The notes beneath the pieces were generated by a model that did not search any database, had not been told where the DNA came from, and saw only the letters and a program-made list of their open reading frames with translations. Position numbers and translations under genes: made by a program. A stretch of 64,000 nt of DNA from Candidatus Methylomirabilota bacterium. GTDB taxonomy: Bacteria; Methylomirabilota; Methylomirabilia; Methylomirabilales; Methylomirabilaceae. Positions 63,708 through 64,000 of the stretch are shown here, in pieces (positions within the stretch are counted from its first letter, which is position 1; each line of letters opens with the position of its first letter). The DNA lies in assembly GCA_028870115.1 (NCBI GenBank), contig JAGWQH010000096.1, positions 1,242 to 65,241 on the forward strand, in the 5' to 3' direction.

Positions 63708-64000
63708 TCACTCGTCAGGCGCCAACAGGTGGAGACGATCCGGGGGCAACGACAGCCAGACTTCTTTTCCCGCATGCAGCCCCATCAAGTGGTGCAGGCG
63801 GCTTCGGACCTGGACTTCCAGGTCATACTTCCCGCGATCGCTCCCATCGACGAGACTGACAAAAAGCAGGTAGTCAAGCCCACGCCCTAGCTCGTGAACG
63901 ATCCGGCCGCGCAGGAGGTTGACCCGCTGCTCCGCCCTGTCCGGCCACACCAGCCTGACATCCTCCGGTCGGATACAGAATTCGACCTCCCCCGGCATCG
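63708..64000 (-). CDS. C-terminus of ABC ATPase with TOBE domain (partial)
   Basis: CIRPEDVRL...NLLRGRIV...V.LSLPP..LH; open to window end. Confidence 0.75.
   Translation of the reverse strand, partial: MPGEVEFCIRPEDVRLVWPDRAEQRVNLLRGRIVHELGRGLDYLLFVSLVDGSDRGKYDLEVQVRSRLHHLMGLHAGKEVWLSLPPDRLHLLAPDE

Overview
GC-rich bacterial chromosomal segment, almost all on the minus strand. It tentatively resembles an NC10/Ca. Methylomirabilis-like genome, which cannot be verified here. Core content in order: a Gld-like ABC cassette (ATPase, permease, GldG-like, DUF4340); prfB with a programmed +1 frameshift; lnt-cdsA-frr-pyrH-tsf-rpsB; argJC; rpsI-rplM; tatA; coaX-birA-valS; tRNA-Gly/Cys/Leu; thrC-hom; purLQSB; an M16 peptidase; pnp-rpsO-ribF-truB-PHP-rbfA-DUF503-infB-ylxR/L7Ae-nusA-rimP; an EF-G paralogue; tatD-metG-PSP1-holB-tmk; selA; an HDAC-family enzyme; moaC; tungstate-type ABC genes. 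Accessory DNA: (i) a decayed toxin-antitoxin and macrodomain patch at 19.7-21.4 kb; (ii) a 2.1-kb integrase-less islet in tRNA-Leu(TAA), bounded by a perfect 55-bp direct repeat and carrying hicBA and an intact IS630; (iii) a solitary 1492-aa Type IIG-like restriction-modification fusion. The most unusual signal is several families of small palindromic or heptameric repeats that fill intergenic gaps and also sit in frame inside at least seven unrelated genes (DUF4340, ABC ATPase, lnt, metG, holB, tmk, HDAC), similar to Rickettsia palindromic elements. No CRISPR array or rRNA gene was seen.
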